Of a stretch of DNA of 64,000 bases, positions 52,193-61,395 are shown piece after piece (position 1 is the stretch's first letter; the number at the start of each line of letters is the position of its first letter). The notes beneath the pieces were generated by a model. That model saw only the letters and a list, made by a program, of their open reading frames with translations. It did no database searches and was not told the DNA's origin. Both the position numbers and the translations under genes were made by a program. The stretch comes from Fidelibacterota bacterium. Its GTDB lineage: Bacteria > Fidelibacterota > Marinisomatia > Marinisomatales > TCS55. The stretch covers positions 46,348 to 110,347 of the forward strand of contig JAPNQO010000079.1 of assembly GCA_027251445.1 (NCBI GenBank), in the 5' to 3' direction.

Positions 52193-52322
52193 ACATTATT
52201 GTTATTTATGCCTTTTAATCTTAAAAAGTTTTTCGGCATTCTATTCATGCGAAAATAAATCGGTTTTTAGCACTAAATTGGTACATTTCGGGCCTGAATA
52301 TACATTAAATTCTTAGAGAATT

Positions 52323-54887
52323 ATGAATATTAAAGATAAAAAAATACTATACATCATATTTTTATCTTCATTTCTATCTGCGCAGGTAAATCACATTGAA
52401 TTACCCATGGATATTAGTGAAACTACCTTCAATGAATCTATTCCCAAGCCTATTGATGTGTTTAGTCATCATTTAGGAACACAGCACACACGAACAGAAC
52501 AAATAGTCGAATACTTTTATGCTGTTGCAAAGAATAGTAATAGAGTTGTAGTAAAAAATCATGGGTCAACTCACGAAGGACGCAAACTAATTCATGCAGT
52601 AATCACTAGCGCGGAAAATCAAAAAAAATTAGATGAGATACTAAAGAATAATAGAAATCTATGCTTAAACCCAGGTAAAATTTCTAATAAGGATCTTAAG
52701 AAAATGCCTGTGGTTGCATACTTTGGATATTCAGTGCACGGTGATGAGGCGAGCGGCAGTGAAGCTGCTATGTTATTATTATATCATCTAAGTGCAGGAT
52801 CAAGCATTGGAATAAGAAATTATTTAAATAATGTTATATTAATTATAGATCCTATTCTAAATCCAGATGGTAGAGATAGATTTGTTAATTGGGTAAATGG
52901 AAATAGAGGATATATACCTACTAATGATATAAATGATAGGGAACATAATCAACCTTGGCCCAGGGGGAGAACAAACCATTACTTATTTGATTTAAACCGT
53001 GATTGGCTTCCTGCAACACAACCTGAATCACAAGCGCGCCTTGATTTATACTATAAATGGCGGCCTCAAGTTGTAGTCGATTTTCATGAAATGGGAAGAA
53101 ATAGGACCTATTTCTTTCAGCCTGGCATTCCCAGCAGAAATAATCCTAATACACCAAAAAATGTTTTTTATTTAACTAATCTACTTGCTGAGTACCACGC
53201 AGAAGCTTTGAACAATATAGGATCATTATATTATTCAAAGGAAAGTTTTGATGATTTTTATTATGGTAAAGGCTCTACCTTCCCTGACATCAATGGTTCG
53301 GTTGGTATTTTATTTGAACAAGCATCATCAAGAGCCTTAAAAACGACTACTACTAGTGGTGAATTAAATTACGCTTTTACAATTAAAAATCATTTTAATG
53401 CATCGTTAGGCACCTTAGAAGGCCTATGGAAAATGAAAGATAAATTTTTAACTCATCAACGAAACTTTTACCGTGATGCATCTAAAGCTTCAATCCAGTT
53501 TTCTACAAAGGCCTACCTCATTAATACAGAATACAAAAAAACAAATGTACGGTTATTAGTTGATAATCTTATTCGACATCAGGTTAAAGTGTATTCGCTA
53601 AAAAAACCTTATGCCTCAAATAATTTAAAATTTGATCCAGGTAAAGCAGTCCTTGTTCCTGTAGATCAACCACAATCTCGATTAATTAAATCTATAATGG
53701 AACAGGTTACAGATTTCAATGATTCATTATTTTATGATGTCTCTTCCTGGTCTTTACCTTTGTCTGCAGGAGTTGAATATGTTGAATTAAAGCAGAACCC
53801 AAGTGCCATTATAGGAAATGAATTACCTGATAACTTTTTTACTTCTGGCAAGAAAATAGGTGGTCGTGCAACATATGCATATATTATGGAATGGGGAGAT
53901 TACTTTTCCCCTAGAGCATTATACAAAATATTAGATCGTGGCATTACTCCACTAATGGCAATGAAACCCTTTTCAATTACTATTAATGGGAAAAAAGAGG
54001 AGTTTAAAAGAGGTTCAATTATTGTTCCAATAGTACAAAGAGATAGTAACTCAAATATCTCAAAGGATGATGTGCATGATGTTCTACGTAATATTGCTAC
54101 GGAGGACTTCATTAATATTTATGCTGTGAATACTGGTCTTTCAAATGATGGTCCTGATTTAGGCGGTTTGCATGCTGTAATCAATTTACCAAAAGTAGCT
54201 CTATTGGCTGGAAAAGGTTCAAATGCATATAGTGTTGGACAAGTTTGGCACTTGCTAAATGAAAGAATGCATATACCAATATCATTAATCAATTCAGATA
54301 ACATAAATAGAACTCTTTTGGATGATTATAATGTTTTAATAATGACAGATGGAAGTTTCAACCAAATTGACTCTAGCAATGTTAAATCTATAAAGTCTTG
54401 GGTAAAGAGAGGCGGCTGTTTTATATCAACAGGTAGTGGATCCAAATGGATAGTAGACAATAATATAATTAGTGAAACAGTCAAAGAATCCAATAAAGAC
54501 ACTTTAGATATAGCATATGAAAATATTCAAGCAAAAAAAGGGGCACAGCGTATTGGAGGGTCAATCTTTCAAATAATTTTAGATAATACACATCCCATAG
54601 CTTTTGGATATCAATCGGACCTCCCTATATTTAGAAATAATGAAACATTTTATGAATTATCTACTGCTGATGCAGCAAACGTAGGGCGTTACTCAGCAGA
54701 CCCTCTTATAAGTGGGTATATATCTGATGAAATGAATGAAAAAATTAAAAATTCAGCATCAATAATTGCTCGAAATATGGGTAATGGAAGCGTAATACTC
54801 TTTGCAGATAATCCACACTTTAGAGCTTTCTGGTATGGGACTGAAGGGTTATTACTAAATGCTGTATTCTTTGGTAATGCATTTTAG
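52323..54887 (+). CDS. M14 family zinc carboxypeptidase, exported
   Basis: VHGDE, NPDG, NHYLFDLNRDW, DFHEMG; C-terminal GATase-like domain. Confidence 0.9.
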   Translation: MNIKDKKILYIIFLSSFLSAQVNHIELPMDISETTFNESIPKPIDVFSHHLGTQHTRTEQIVEYFYAVAKNSNRVVVKNHGSTHEGRKLIHAVITSAENQKKLDEILKNNRNLCLNPGKISNKDLKKMPVVAYFGYSVHGDEASGSEAAMLLLYHLSAGSSIGIRNYLNNVILIIDPILNPDGRDRFVNWVNGNRGYIPTNDINDREHNQPWPRGRTNHYLFDLNRDWLPATQPESQARLDLYYKWRPQVVVDFHEMGRNRTYFFQPGIPSRNNPNTPKNVFYLTNLLAEYHAEALNNIGSLYYSKESFDDFYYGKGSTFPDINGSVGILFEQASSRALKTTTTSGELNYAFTIKNHFNASLGTLEGLWKMKDKFLTHQRNFYRDASKASIQFSTKAYLINTEYKKTNVRLLVDNLIRHQVKVYSLKKPYASNNLKFDPGKAVLVPVDQPQSRLIKSIMEQVTDFNDSLFYDVSSWSLPLSAGVEYVELKQNPSAIIGNELPDNFFTSGKKIGGRATYAYIMEWGDYFSPRALYKILDRGITPLMAMKPFSITINGKKEEFKRGSIIVPIVQRDSNSNISKDDVHDVLRNIATEDFINIYAVNTGLSNDGPDLGGLHAVINLPKVALLAGKGSNAYSVGQVWHLLNERMHIPISLINSDNINRTLLDDYNVLIMTDGSFNQIDSSNVKSIKSWVKRGGCFISTGSGSKWIVDNNIISETVKESNKDTLDIAYENIQAKKGAQRIGGSIFQIILDNTHPIAFGYQSDLPIFRNNETFYELSTADAANVGRYSADPLISGYISDEMNEKIKNSASIIARNMGNGSVILFADNPHFRAFWYGTEGLLLNAVFFGNAF

Positions 54888-54890
54888 TAT

Positions 54891-55817
54891 TTATAAAAAA
54901 GAATCTACAGCTCTATAAGCATCTATCACGGCTAATTCTCCGGGTTTTCCTGATTTAGAGTTCCCATGCTCCATTCCTAGTACCCCTTTATATTTTTTTT
55001 CATAAATGTGCTTAAAAATATTCTTATAATTTATTTCTCCTGTGGTTGGTTCTTTTCTTCCTGGATTATCTCCAATTTGAAAGTAAGCTATTTCCTTCCA
55101 TGCTTTATCAATATTTGGAATAAGGTTCCCTTCCGATATCTGTTGATGATAAATATCAAATAAAATTTTGCATGACGGACTGTTAACTGCTCGACATATT
55201 TCATATGCTTGTGGAATTTCACGTAAAAATTGTCCCGCATGGTTTTTCCACCAATTTAAAGGTTCTAACACCATAACTAAACCGTGAGGTTCCAAGACAT
55301 CACTTGCCCTTCTTAAAGCTTCTATAACATTTGCAGTTTGATACGCCATTTCTTTTCCCAAATCAATATACCCTGGGACTACGGTCATCCATTTAGCATT
55401 TACACGTTTTGCAACCTCTATTGAGTCTTTAATGTCATTTACAAATTGATCCTGATATTCTTTATCACCACTTGTTAGATTTGGAAAGTCCCAATGAATT
55501 TTATGAGCAACAAAAACACCCATTGTCATTTCTAGTTTGTTCATTATTTTTGCAATACGTTTTTGATCTGTAATAGAACGCTCTTTCATCCCGTTATCTT
55601 CAAAGGAGCGGAATCCCATATCATACATAAATTGTATTTGATCTACTAAATCATTTCCGCTATGGTTAGTAAACATTCCAAAATGCGGAGCATAAAGAAG
55701 ATTAAATGGATCTTTTTTTATATTTGAATTTTTAATGGATGAACCATAAATAATTCCACCAATAGTCGGAATAGCTGAAGCTAACAGACCAGTTTTAATA
55801 AATTTCCTTCTTTTCAT
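54891..55817 (-). CDS. Hydroxypyruvate isomerase / xylose-isomerase-like TIM barrel, Tat signal
   Basis: MKRRKFIK; LEPLN, LFDIYHQQI, DNPGRKEPTTGEINY, GMEH. Confidence 0.88.
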   Translation of the reverse strand: MKRRKFIKTGLLASAIPTIGGIIYGSSIKNSNIKKDPFNLLYAPHFGMFTNHSGNDLVDQIQFMYDMGFRSFEDNGMKERSITDQKRIAKIMNKLEMTMGVFVAHKIHWDFPNLTSGDKEYQDQFVNDIKDSIEVAKRVNAKWMTVVPGYIDLGKEMAYQTANVIEALRRASDVLEPHGLVMVLEPLNWWKNHAGQFLREIPQAYEICRAVNSPSCKILFDIYHQQISEGNLIPNIDKAWKEIAYFQIGDNPGRKEPTTGEINYKNIFKHIYEKKYKGVLGMEHGNSKSGKPGELAVIDAYRAVDSFL

Positions 55818-55834
55818 TAATCAACCCTTTCTTA

Positions 55835-57166
55835 TTAAATAAATTTTGTTACGCCAGGAATTGGAATTGGATAACTACCATTTTTATCAGGTATTACTGG
55901 GGCAGTATCCTCAAATGATGTCAAATTATTAGGCACAATATCTAAGTTGGATAATAAAGCATCTTCCATAGAAATTACTTTTCCTGAATAAGTAGCCATT
56001 CGTCCCATTATGGCGGTAAGAGTACTATTTACTCCTCTATTAAAATCTTTAAATAAATACTCACCTTTTTTTATTGCTGAAAAAAGTTCATTATGTTCCT
56101 GCTGGTATGGGTTTACATCATTTTCTCCTTCATGAAAGTATAATTTTCTTCCACGATGAGATTGGATTAAACCATAATTTGCACTATGTACATGAACCTT
56201 TCCGTGTGATCCTTGAAAAACTTCATCTACGCGATTCATGCATCCTGGCTGATGACGACATTGGCTAGAAATTACTTGTCCATTTGGATATGTAAATTCC
56301 ACAAAATGATGGTCAAATATTTGACCATGGTCTTTTCCATTTCTTATTTGTCTTCCTCCAATTCCTTGGGCGGAAATTGGTGTTGATCCAATAAACCAAT
56401 TAGCAACATCTATATTATGAATATGCTGTTCAACAATATGATCGCCGCATAACCAATTAAAATAATACCAATTACGCATCTGGTATTCTAATTCAGTTTG
56501 CTGTGGCTCCCGTGGCCTCACCCAAACACCTGCGCCATTCCAATACACTTGACCAGAAATAATTCTTCCAATAGATCCTCTATCAATTAGTTTTTTTACT
56601 TTCTGATACGAACGTTGATAGTGTCTTTGCAAGCCAACCACTACATTGAGCTTGTTTTTAACTGCAAGTTTTCCAGCCTCTATCACTTTTTTTATTCCAA
56701 CAATATCTGTTGCTACAGGTTTTTCCATGAACACGTGTTTATTATGTTTTATTGCATATGAAAAATGTTGAGGACGGAAACCAGGAGGAGTAGCTAAAAT
56801 AACAACATCAGAAATATCTATCGCTTTTTTAAATCCATTAAATCCTATAAATATTGTTTCTTTCCTTACAGTTACCTGTTCCGATTCTCCATATTTTTCT
56901 ACAAGTGCTTGCATACACTTTTCTGTCTGATCTTCAAAAACATCTGCTATCGCTACTAATCTGACATCTTGATCTGCTGCAATTGCCTGTATGGCAGCAC
57001 CAGTTCCTCTTCCTCCACAGCCAACAAGTGCAACTTTTATCTCGCCATCCCATGGCGTATGTTTTTTGGTGGTTGCATTTAATTTATTGAAAATGATTCC
57101 TGCAGCTGCAATTTTAGCTGAGTTACCTAAAAAAGTTCTTCTGTTTATTTTATGTTGTTTTTTCAT
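55835..57166 (-). CDS. Gfo/Idh/MocA oxidoreductase, Tat signal (ORF track begins at 57196)
   Basis: INRRTFL; VGCGGRG, ATPPGFRP, EKPVA, EQHIHNID. Confidence 0.9.
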   Translation of the reverse strand: MKKQHKINRRTFLGNSAKIAAAGIIFNKLNATTKKHTPWDGEIKVALVGCGGRGTGAAIQAIAADQDVRLVAIADVFEDQTEKCMQALVEKYGESEQVTVRKETIFIGFNGFKKAIDISDVVILATPPGFRPQHFSYAIKHNKHVFMEKPVATDIVGIKKVIEAGKLAVKNKLNVVVGLQRHYQRSYQKVKKLIDRGSIGRIISGQVYWNGAGVWVRPREPQQTELEYQMRNWYYFNWLCGDHIVEQHIHNIDVANWFIGSTPISAQGIGGRQIRNGKDHGQIFDHHFVEFTYPNGQVISSQCRHQPGCMNRVDEVFQGSHGKVHVHSANYGLIQSHRGRKLYFHEGENDVNPYQQEHNELFSAIKKGEYLFKDFNRGVNSTLTAIMGRMATYSGKVISMEDALLSNLDIVPNNLTSFEDTAPVIPDKNGSYPIPIPGVTKFI

Positions 57167-57168
57167 AA

Positions 57169-58134
57169 TTAATATTCCTTGATAGGTTTTATCCAATATT
57201 TTTCTAAATCATTTTTATTGGGTATAATTCTAGGTCTAACAATTCTAAAACCAATATGTATAGCATCTGTATGCCACCACAAACTTTTAGGAGACTGTGG
57301 GTCTCTTCTTTTCCATAATTCTTTTGAATATCCTCTTGCGGCTGAACGCAATCTAGCTGGACCATCTTTAAATGATCCACCTCTAACTACTCGAGGATAT
57401 AATTTTTCACCAAATTGTACTGGGTTAACTTGTTCATTATCAGTATTAGAATATCCTTGAGGATTATAATGATCTATTACCCACTCTGCAGCATTGCCAT
57501 GCATATCATAAATTCCTAACGCATTTGGTTTTTTTAATCCTCCTTTATGTAATTTTCCTTCACTATTATTTTTATACCACGCAAAGCTCTTAATTGATTT
57601 ACTTGCTTTTCCAAATGAATAAGCTTTTTCCGATCCTGCGCGGCATGCATGTTCCCATTCTGCTTCAGTTGGTAATCTATAATAATGTCCCGTTTTTGCT
57701 GTTAACCATTTGCAAAATTGTGAAGCCGCATATTGTGTAATGTTTATAACAGGATACCCGGGTTGATTATAATTAACATATGGCATTGTTGCTCCAGAAA
57801 TAGCATCAATATCAATTATATAACTTTGATTGTTTGCTAATATAGAATCTTGATTTCTAAGTAAAAATGTTTCGTACAAATCCCATGAAATTTCTAATGT
57901 GCTTATCCAGTAATCACTTAAAATTACTGTATGGATTGGTCCTTCATCTGCTCTTCTTCTTCTTTCAGATTCAGGGCTTCCCATTTTGAATTTATTCCCA
58001 TATACAGGGGTCATAGTAAAGCTGAAATCTGTGCCGATTAATGATTCATCATATTTTACAAATTCTGACCTATCAAAAGTCTCTATTTGACTAAATAAGA
58101 TGGAAATAAAAATCAGTAACAGAAATTTATCCAC
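57169..58134 (-). CDS. Formylglycine-generating enzyme (SUMF1/FGE-sulfatase) family protein, exported
   Basis: FKMGSP, DEGP, RLPTEAEWEHACRAG, YDMHGNAAEW, RGGSF, GFRIVR. Confidence 0.9.
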   Translation of the reverse strand: MDKFLLLIFISILFSQIETFDRSEFVKYDESLIGTDFSFTMTPVYGNKFKMGSPESERRRRADEGPIHTVILSDYWISTLEISWDLYETFLLRNQDSILANNQSYIIDIDAISGATMPYVNYNQPGYPVINITQYAASQFCKWLTAKTGHYYRLPTEAEWEHACRAGSEKAYSFGKASKSIKSFAWYKNNSEGKLHKGGLKKPNALGIYDMHGNAAEWVIDHYNPQGYSNTDNEQVNPVQFGEKLYPRVVRGGSFKDGPARLRSAARGYSKELWKRRDPQSPKSLWWHTDAIHIGFRIVRPRIIPNKNDLEKYWIKPIKEY

Positions 58135-58142
58135 ATTTATAA

Positions 58143-58868
58143 TTAAAATAACTTCGGAATAAGCATCCCTGTTTTCTTTTTATACTCTTTCCATTCAGGA
58201 TATCTTGACATGGATGCTTCTTTACGTAAGATATTAATCAAAAAGACACCAATCCACACCCACGCTAAAATTGCCCAGGGAATCCAATGCTGAACGATCA
58301 TCGCATAGGCTGAGTAAAGCATAATTTCTCCAAGATAATTAGGATGTCTAATATATTTAAATAGACCTTCCTTAATAAGACCTTGATGATATTTTAATGT
58401 GTAATATTTTTGGCAATCAGCTGCCATCATAATTACTACACCTAAAGTGTGTATGCTGATTGCTACAGATAATAAAGAAACGCTGGCTATTTTTTGCTCT
58501 GGGCCCAGCACATCTGAGATTAATAGAAATGGGAAAACCCAATACAGTGCCAGTACTAATAAAAATGCCATCAGACCACCACCTATAGTAACCTTCTTTT
58601 CCCATGCCTTATCAGGAAATGCAAAATGTTTCAAGATCCAACAAAATCCATACATGCCATGCAATGCTAGGTACACGTTTGCAGCAATAGAAAAATTATT
58701 ATAATAATTCATTAATAATAAAACATAGAAAAATGTACCTGTTTTTTGAAAATTAATAACCCATGCCAATTTTAATATTTTTGGCCCACCAAGAAATCTT
58801 TCAGTCAAATAACTGGTAAATCGAGCCCAATGAGACCATAACGGTACAAAAGATGGCTTGTTATTCAT
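58143..58868 (-). CDS. DUF1295 / steroid 5-alpha-reductase-like membrane protein
   Basis: Several TMs; ADCQK, GLFKYIRHPNYLGE. Confidence 0.8.
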   Translation of the reverse strand: MNNKPSFVPLWSHWARFTSYLTERFLGGPKILKLAWVINFQKTGTFFYVLLLMNYYNNFSIAANVYLALHGMYGFCWILKHFAFPDKAWEKKVTIGGGLMAFLLVLALYWVFPFLLISDVLGPEQKIASVSLLSVAISIHTLGVVIMMAADCQKYYTLKYHQGLIKEGLFKYIRHPNYLGEIMLYSAYAMIVQHWIPWAILAWVWIGVFLINILRKEASMSRYPEWKEYKKKTGMLIPKLF

Positions 58869-58927
58869 AATTCCCTCCTTAACATTGAATTACAATTGTA
58901 ATAATTTATAAAAATATTGTGAATCTA

Positions 58928-59674
58928 TCAGTTGAGATCCTCATCAGAAAAAGAATTGCTTGGATGTACCATAGGAACAAAACGAACAGGTATAATGGTT
59001 TTTTCATTTACGTTTGAATCAGATGTTTTTGAAATTACTTTTAATTCTTGCCAATATTTACCAACCGGAATCACTAGTTTTCCTCCAATTTTTAACTGTT
59101 CAATGAGAGCTTCTGGAATTTTATCTGGCGCTGCAGTTACGATTATACAATCAAATGGTGCTTCACTTGGCCATCCATTATATCCATCTCCCCATCGAGC
59201 ATAAACATTATTAATCTGCAACTCTTCTAATATATTTATTGCTCGTATTGCTAGAGGTTTAACTATTTCAATTGTAAATACTTTATTAGATAATGATGAT
59301 AATATAGCTGATTGATACCCAGAGCCAGTACCTATCTCAAGAACTTTTTCTTTACCAGACAAACTCAATAGCTCTGTCATAAGAGCTACAATGTAAGGTT
59401 GTGAAATTGTTTGACCTTCTCCTATAGGTAAAGGTCTATCATCATATGCATAATCAACCATATCCTTAGGTACAAATTTGTGTCTGGGGGTATTACTGAT
59501 TACATCTAGAACTTTTGGGTCAACTACACCACGATCTTTAATCTGTTTATCTACCATCATTTTTGCAGCAATTTTCCAATCGGAAGGAAAATTGTTTTTG
59601 TCGTTCTGTTGTGCATTTATAAATAAAGATAAAACTAATATTATAAATAATGGTATTAAAAATTTTACCTTCAT
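58928..59674 (-). CDS. pcm: Protein-L-isoaspartate O-methyltransferase with N-terminal signal/anchor
   Basis: PRHKFVP, GQTISQPY, LEIGTGSGYQ, APFDCIIVTAA, VRFVPM. Confidence 0.93.
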   Translation of the reverse strand: MKVKFLIPLFIILVLSLFINAQQNDKNNFPSDWKIAAKMMVDKQIKDRGVVDPKVLDVISNTPRHKFVPKDMVDYAYDDRPLPIGEGQTISQPYIVALMTELLSLSGKEKVLEIGTGSGYQSAILSSLSNKVFTIEIVKPLAIRAINILEELQINNVYARWGDGYNGWPSEAPFDCIIVTAAPDKIPEALIEQLKIGGKLVIPVGKYWQELKVISKTSDSNVNEKTIIPVRFVPMVHPSNSFSDEDLN

Positions 59675-59688
59675 ACAATAAAAAACTA

Positions 59689-60465
59689 TTATTTAATTAC
59701 TGAATTTATTTCCTCTATGAAACTATCCTGTAGTTTTTGCATTCCTTCTATCCACCCTTCATAATCCGCAGCTTTAAATTGAATGTATTCTCTAACTTGT
59801 TTATGGGGAGTAACGAGGAACTGATCACTTTCTATTGCTTTTAATGTGTCATTTGCAACGACATCAGGTTCTATCATGCCATCAATTCCTGCAACCCCCG
59901 CTCCTTGTGCTGTCATTGCTGTTCGCACTGCTTGCGGACATATACATGATACACCTATTCCCCTTTTACCATATGTAATCTTTAACCATTCAGCTAAGCT
60001 TACAACTGCATGCTTTGTTACAGAGTATGTAACGGAGCCTATTTGAGATAACAACCCTGCTGCAGAAGCAGTAAAAACTAGATGTCCCGATCCCCGATCT
60101 AACATGCTTGGTAACACGTGTCGTACACCATATATATGCGACATAAGATTAGTATCGATCATTCTTTTCCAATGATCATTATCTAGAGATAAAAAATCTT
60201 CATGCGCTCCGATACCAACATTTGAACAATATATATCAATCTTATCGCTCGGTGTATTTATCATTCTTACTACATCTTGTTCATTAGTAACATCTGCAGT
60301 AATGGCAATTCCTTTAACATTTTCTGCGACATCACTTAATCCTGCCTTATTAATATCAGATACAAAAATGTTATTTGCCTTTGCATTGTAAAAAGCATTT
60401 GCAAGCGCTTCGCCAATTCCGCTTGCAGCTCCTGTTATAATAACATTTGAATTTTTTATTTGAAT
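59689..60465 (-). CDS. Short-chain dehydrogenase/reductase; frame extends 67 codons upstream of the track ORF to an ATT codon
   Basis: In-frame upstream IQIKNSNVIITGAASGIG (TGxxxGxG) and TADVT; catalytic TAS...YSVTK. Confidence 0.85.
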   Translation of the reverse strand: MQIKNSNVIITGAASGIGEALANAFYNAKANNIFVSDINKAGLSDVAENVKGIAITADVTNEQDVVRMINTPSDKIDIYCSNVGIGAHEDFLSLDNDHWKRMIDTNLMSHIYGVRHVLPSMLDRGSGHLVFTASAAGLLSQIGSVTYSVTKHAVVSLAEWLKITYGKRGIGVSCICPQAVRTAMTAQGAGVAGIDGMIEPDVVANDTLKAIESDQFLVTPHKQVREYIQFKAADYEGWIEGMQKLQDSFIEEINSVIK

Positions 60466-60509
60466 GGCGACCTTTAAACGATGTGGTTTATTAGATTATT
60501 TAAATTATA

Positions 60510-60992
60510 TCAATCGTCATCTAATCTTTTATTAGATTGATAATTCATTGTTTTTAATGCAACGCTTTTAAAACCAACTTCTGATCCATAATCACCAACC
60601 TTTAATCTTTCCAAGTTTGATTTAAATGGAAATCCTTTTGACCAAGTTCTTGAATAACCTCTTTCCTCAGAGATAAACGCTTCATCCTGAACTTCTATAC
60701 GATATTTGAATTGTGGATCATATGCTATAAGAGCTATTCTATCTTCCACTTTTGAATTATCATACCGATAGGAGCCACGATGCTTACCTAAATCGACTTC
60801 CCAAATTAAATACCCTTCTTCATACAGCTTCATACTAATAGGCAATGGCGCTCCTGTAATCTCGGAACGGTTGAAGTCATCATCTTTGAATAAACATGAG
60901 GTTATTTCAACAGAGTACATTTGTTTTCGCTGTAATATTTGATCACAAGAAAAGAAAGATAGACAAATTATAATTGGAAAGATTTTTCTCAT
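60510..60992 (-). CDS. Hypothetical lipoprotein
   Basis: MRKIFPIIICLSFFSC lipobox-like signal; no recognised domain. Confidence 0.55.
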   Translation of the reverse strand: MRKIFPIIICLSFFSCDQILQRKQMYSVEITSCLFKDDDFNRSEITGAPLPISMKLYEEGYLIWEVDLGKHRGSYRYDNSKVEDRIALIAYDPQFKYRIEVQDEAFISEERGYSRTWSKGFPFKSNLERLKVGDYGSEVGFKSVALKTMNYQSNKRLDDD

Positions 60993-60993
60993 T

Positions 60994-61287
60994 CTAAAAT
61001 AAACTTTGAAGTTTCATTGCAACGCTCATATCACCAGATACTTGAATTTGACCACCCATAAAAGCAGCCATTGGGTTTAATTCTCCTTTCAACATGGACT
61101 CAAAATCATCAATAGAAATATCAATAGTGCATTGCGCTTCAGAGTCATCAGTTGAAACTGCATTAGAATCTCCCGTACCATCAATTACAATTTGGGAATC
61201 ACCGAAATTGAATTTTATACTTGCGCCTAGTGGGCTGGAGCTGCCGGCCATTTCGGTTACTTTTGCAATCGTATTTTCTAAACTCAT
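60994..61287 (-). CDS. SCP2 sterol/lipid-binding domain protein
   Basis: GELNPMAAFMGGQIQVSGDMSVAMKL. Confidence 0.9.
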   Translation of the reverse strand: MSLENTIAKVTEMAGSSSPLGASIKFNFGDSQIVIDGTGDSNAVSTDDSEAQCTIDISIDDFESMLKGELNPMAAFMGGQIQVSGDMSVAMKLQSLF

Positions 61288-61395
61288 CAGAATTATTCTC
61301 CTATATGTTATTGCAAAAAGTATAATAGAATTTGGTAACTATTAATATAAATTTTATAGTGAATAATAATTAATTATTAAAAAGGGATATAAACA

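Noticed and set aside
52147..52248. Possible 33-codon minus-strand uORF (MNRMPKNF...) through the leader palindrome
   Set aside because: No SD and no informative codon run; cannot be distinguished from chance
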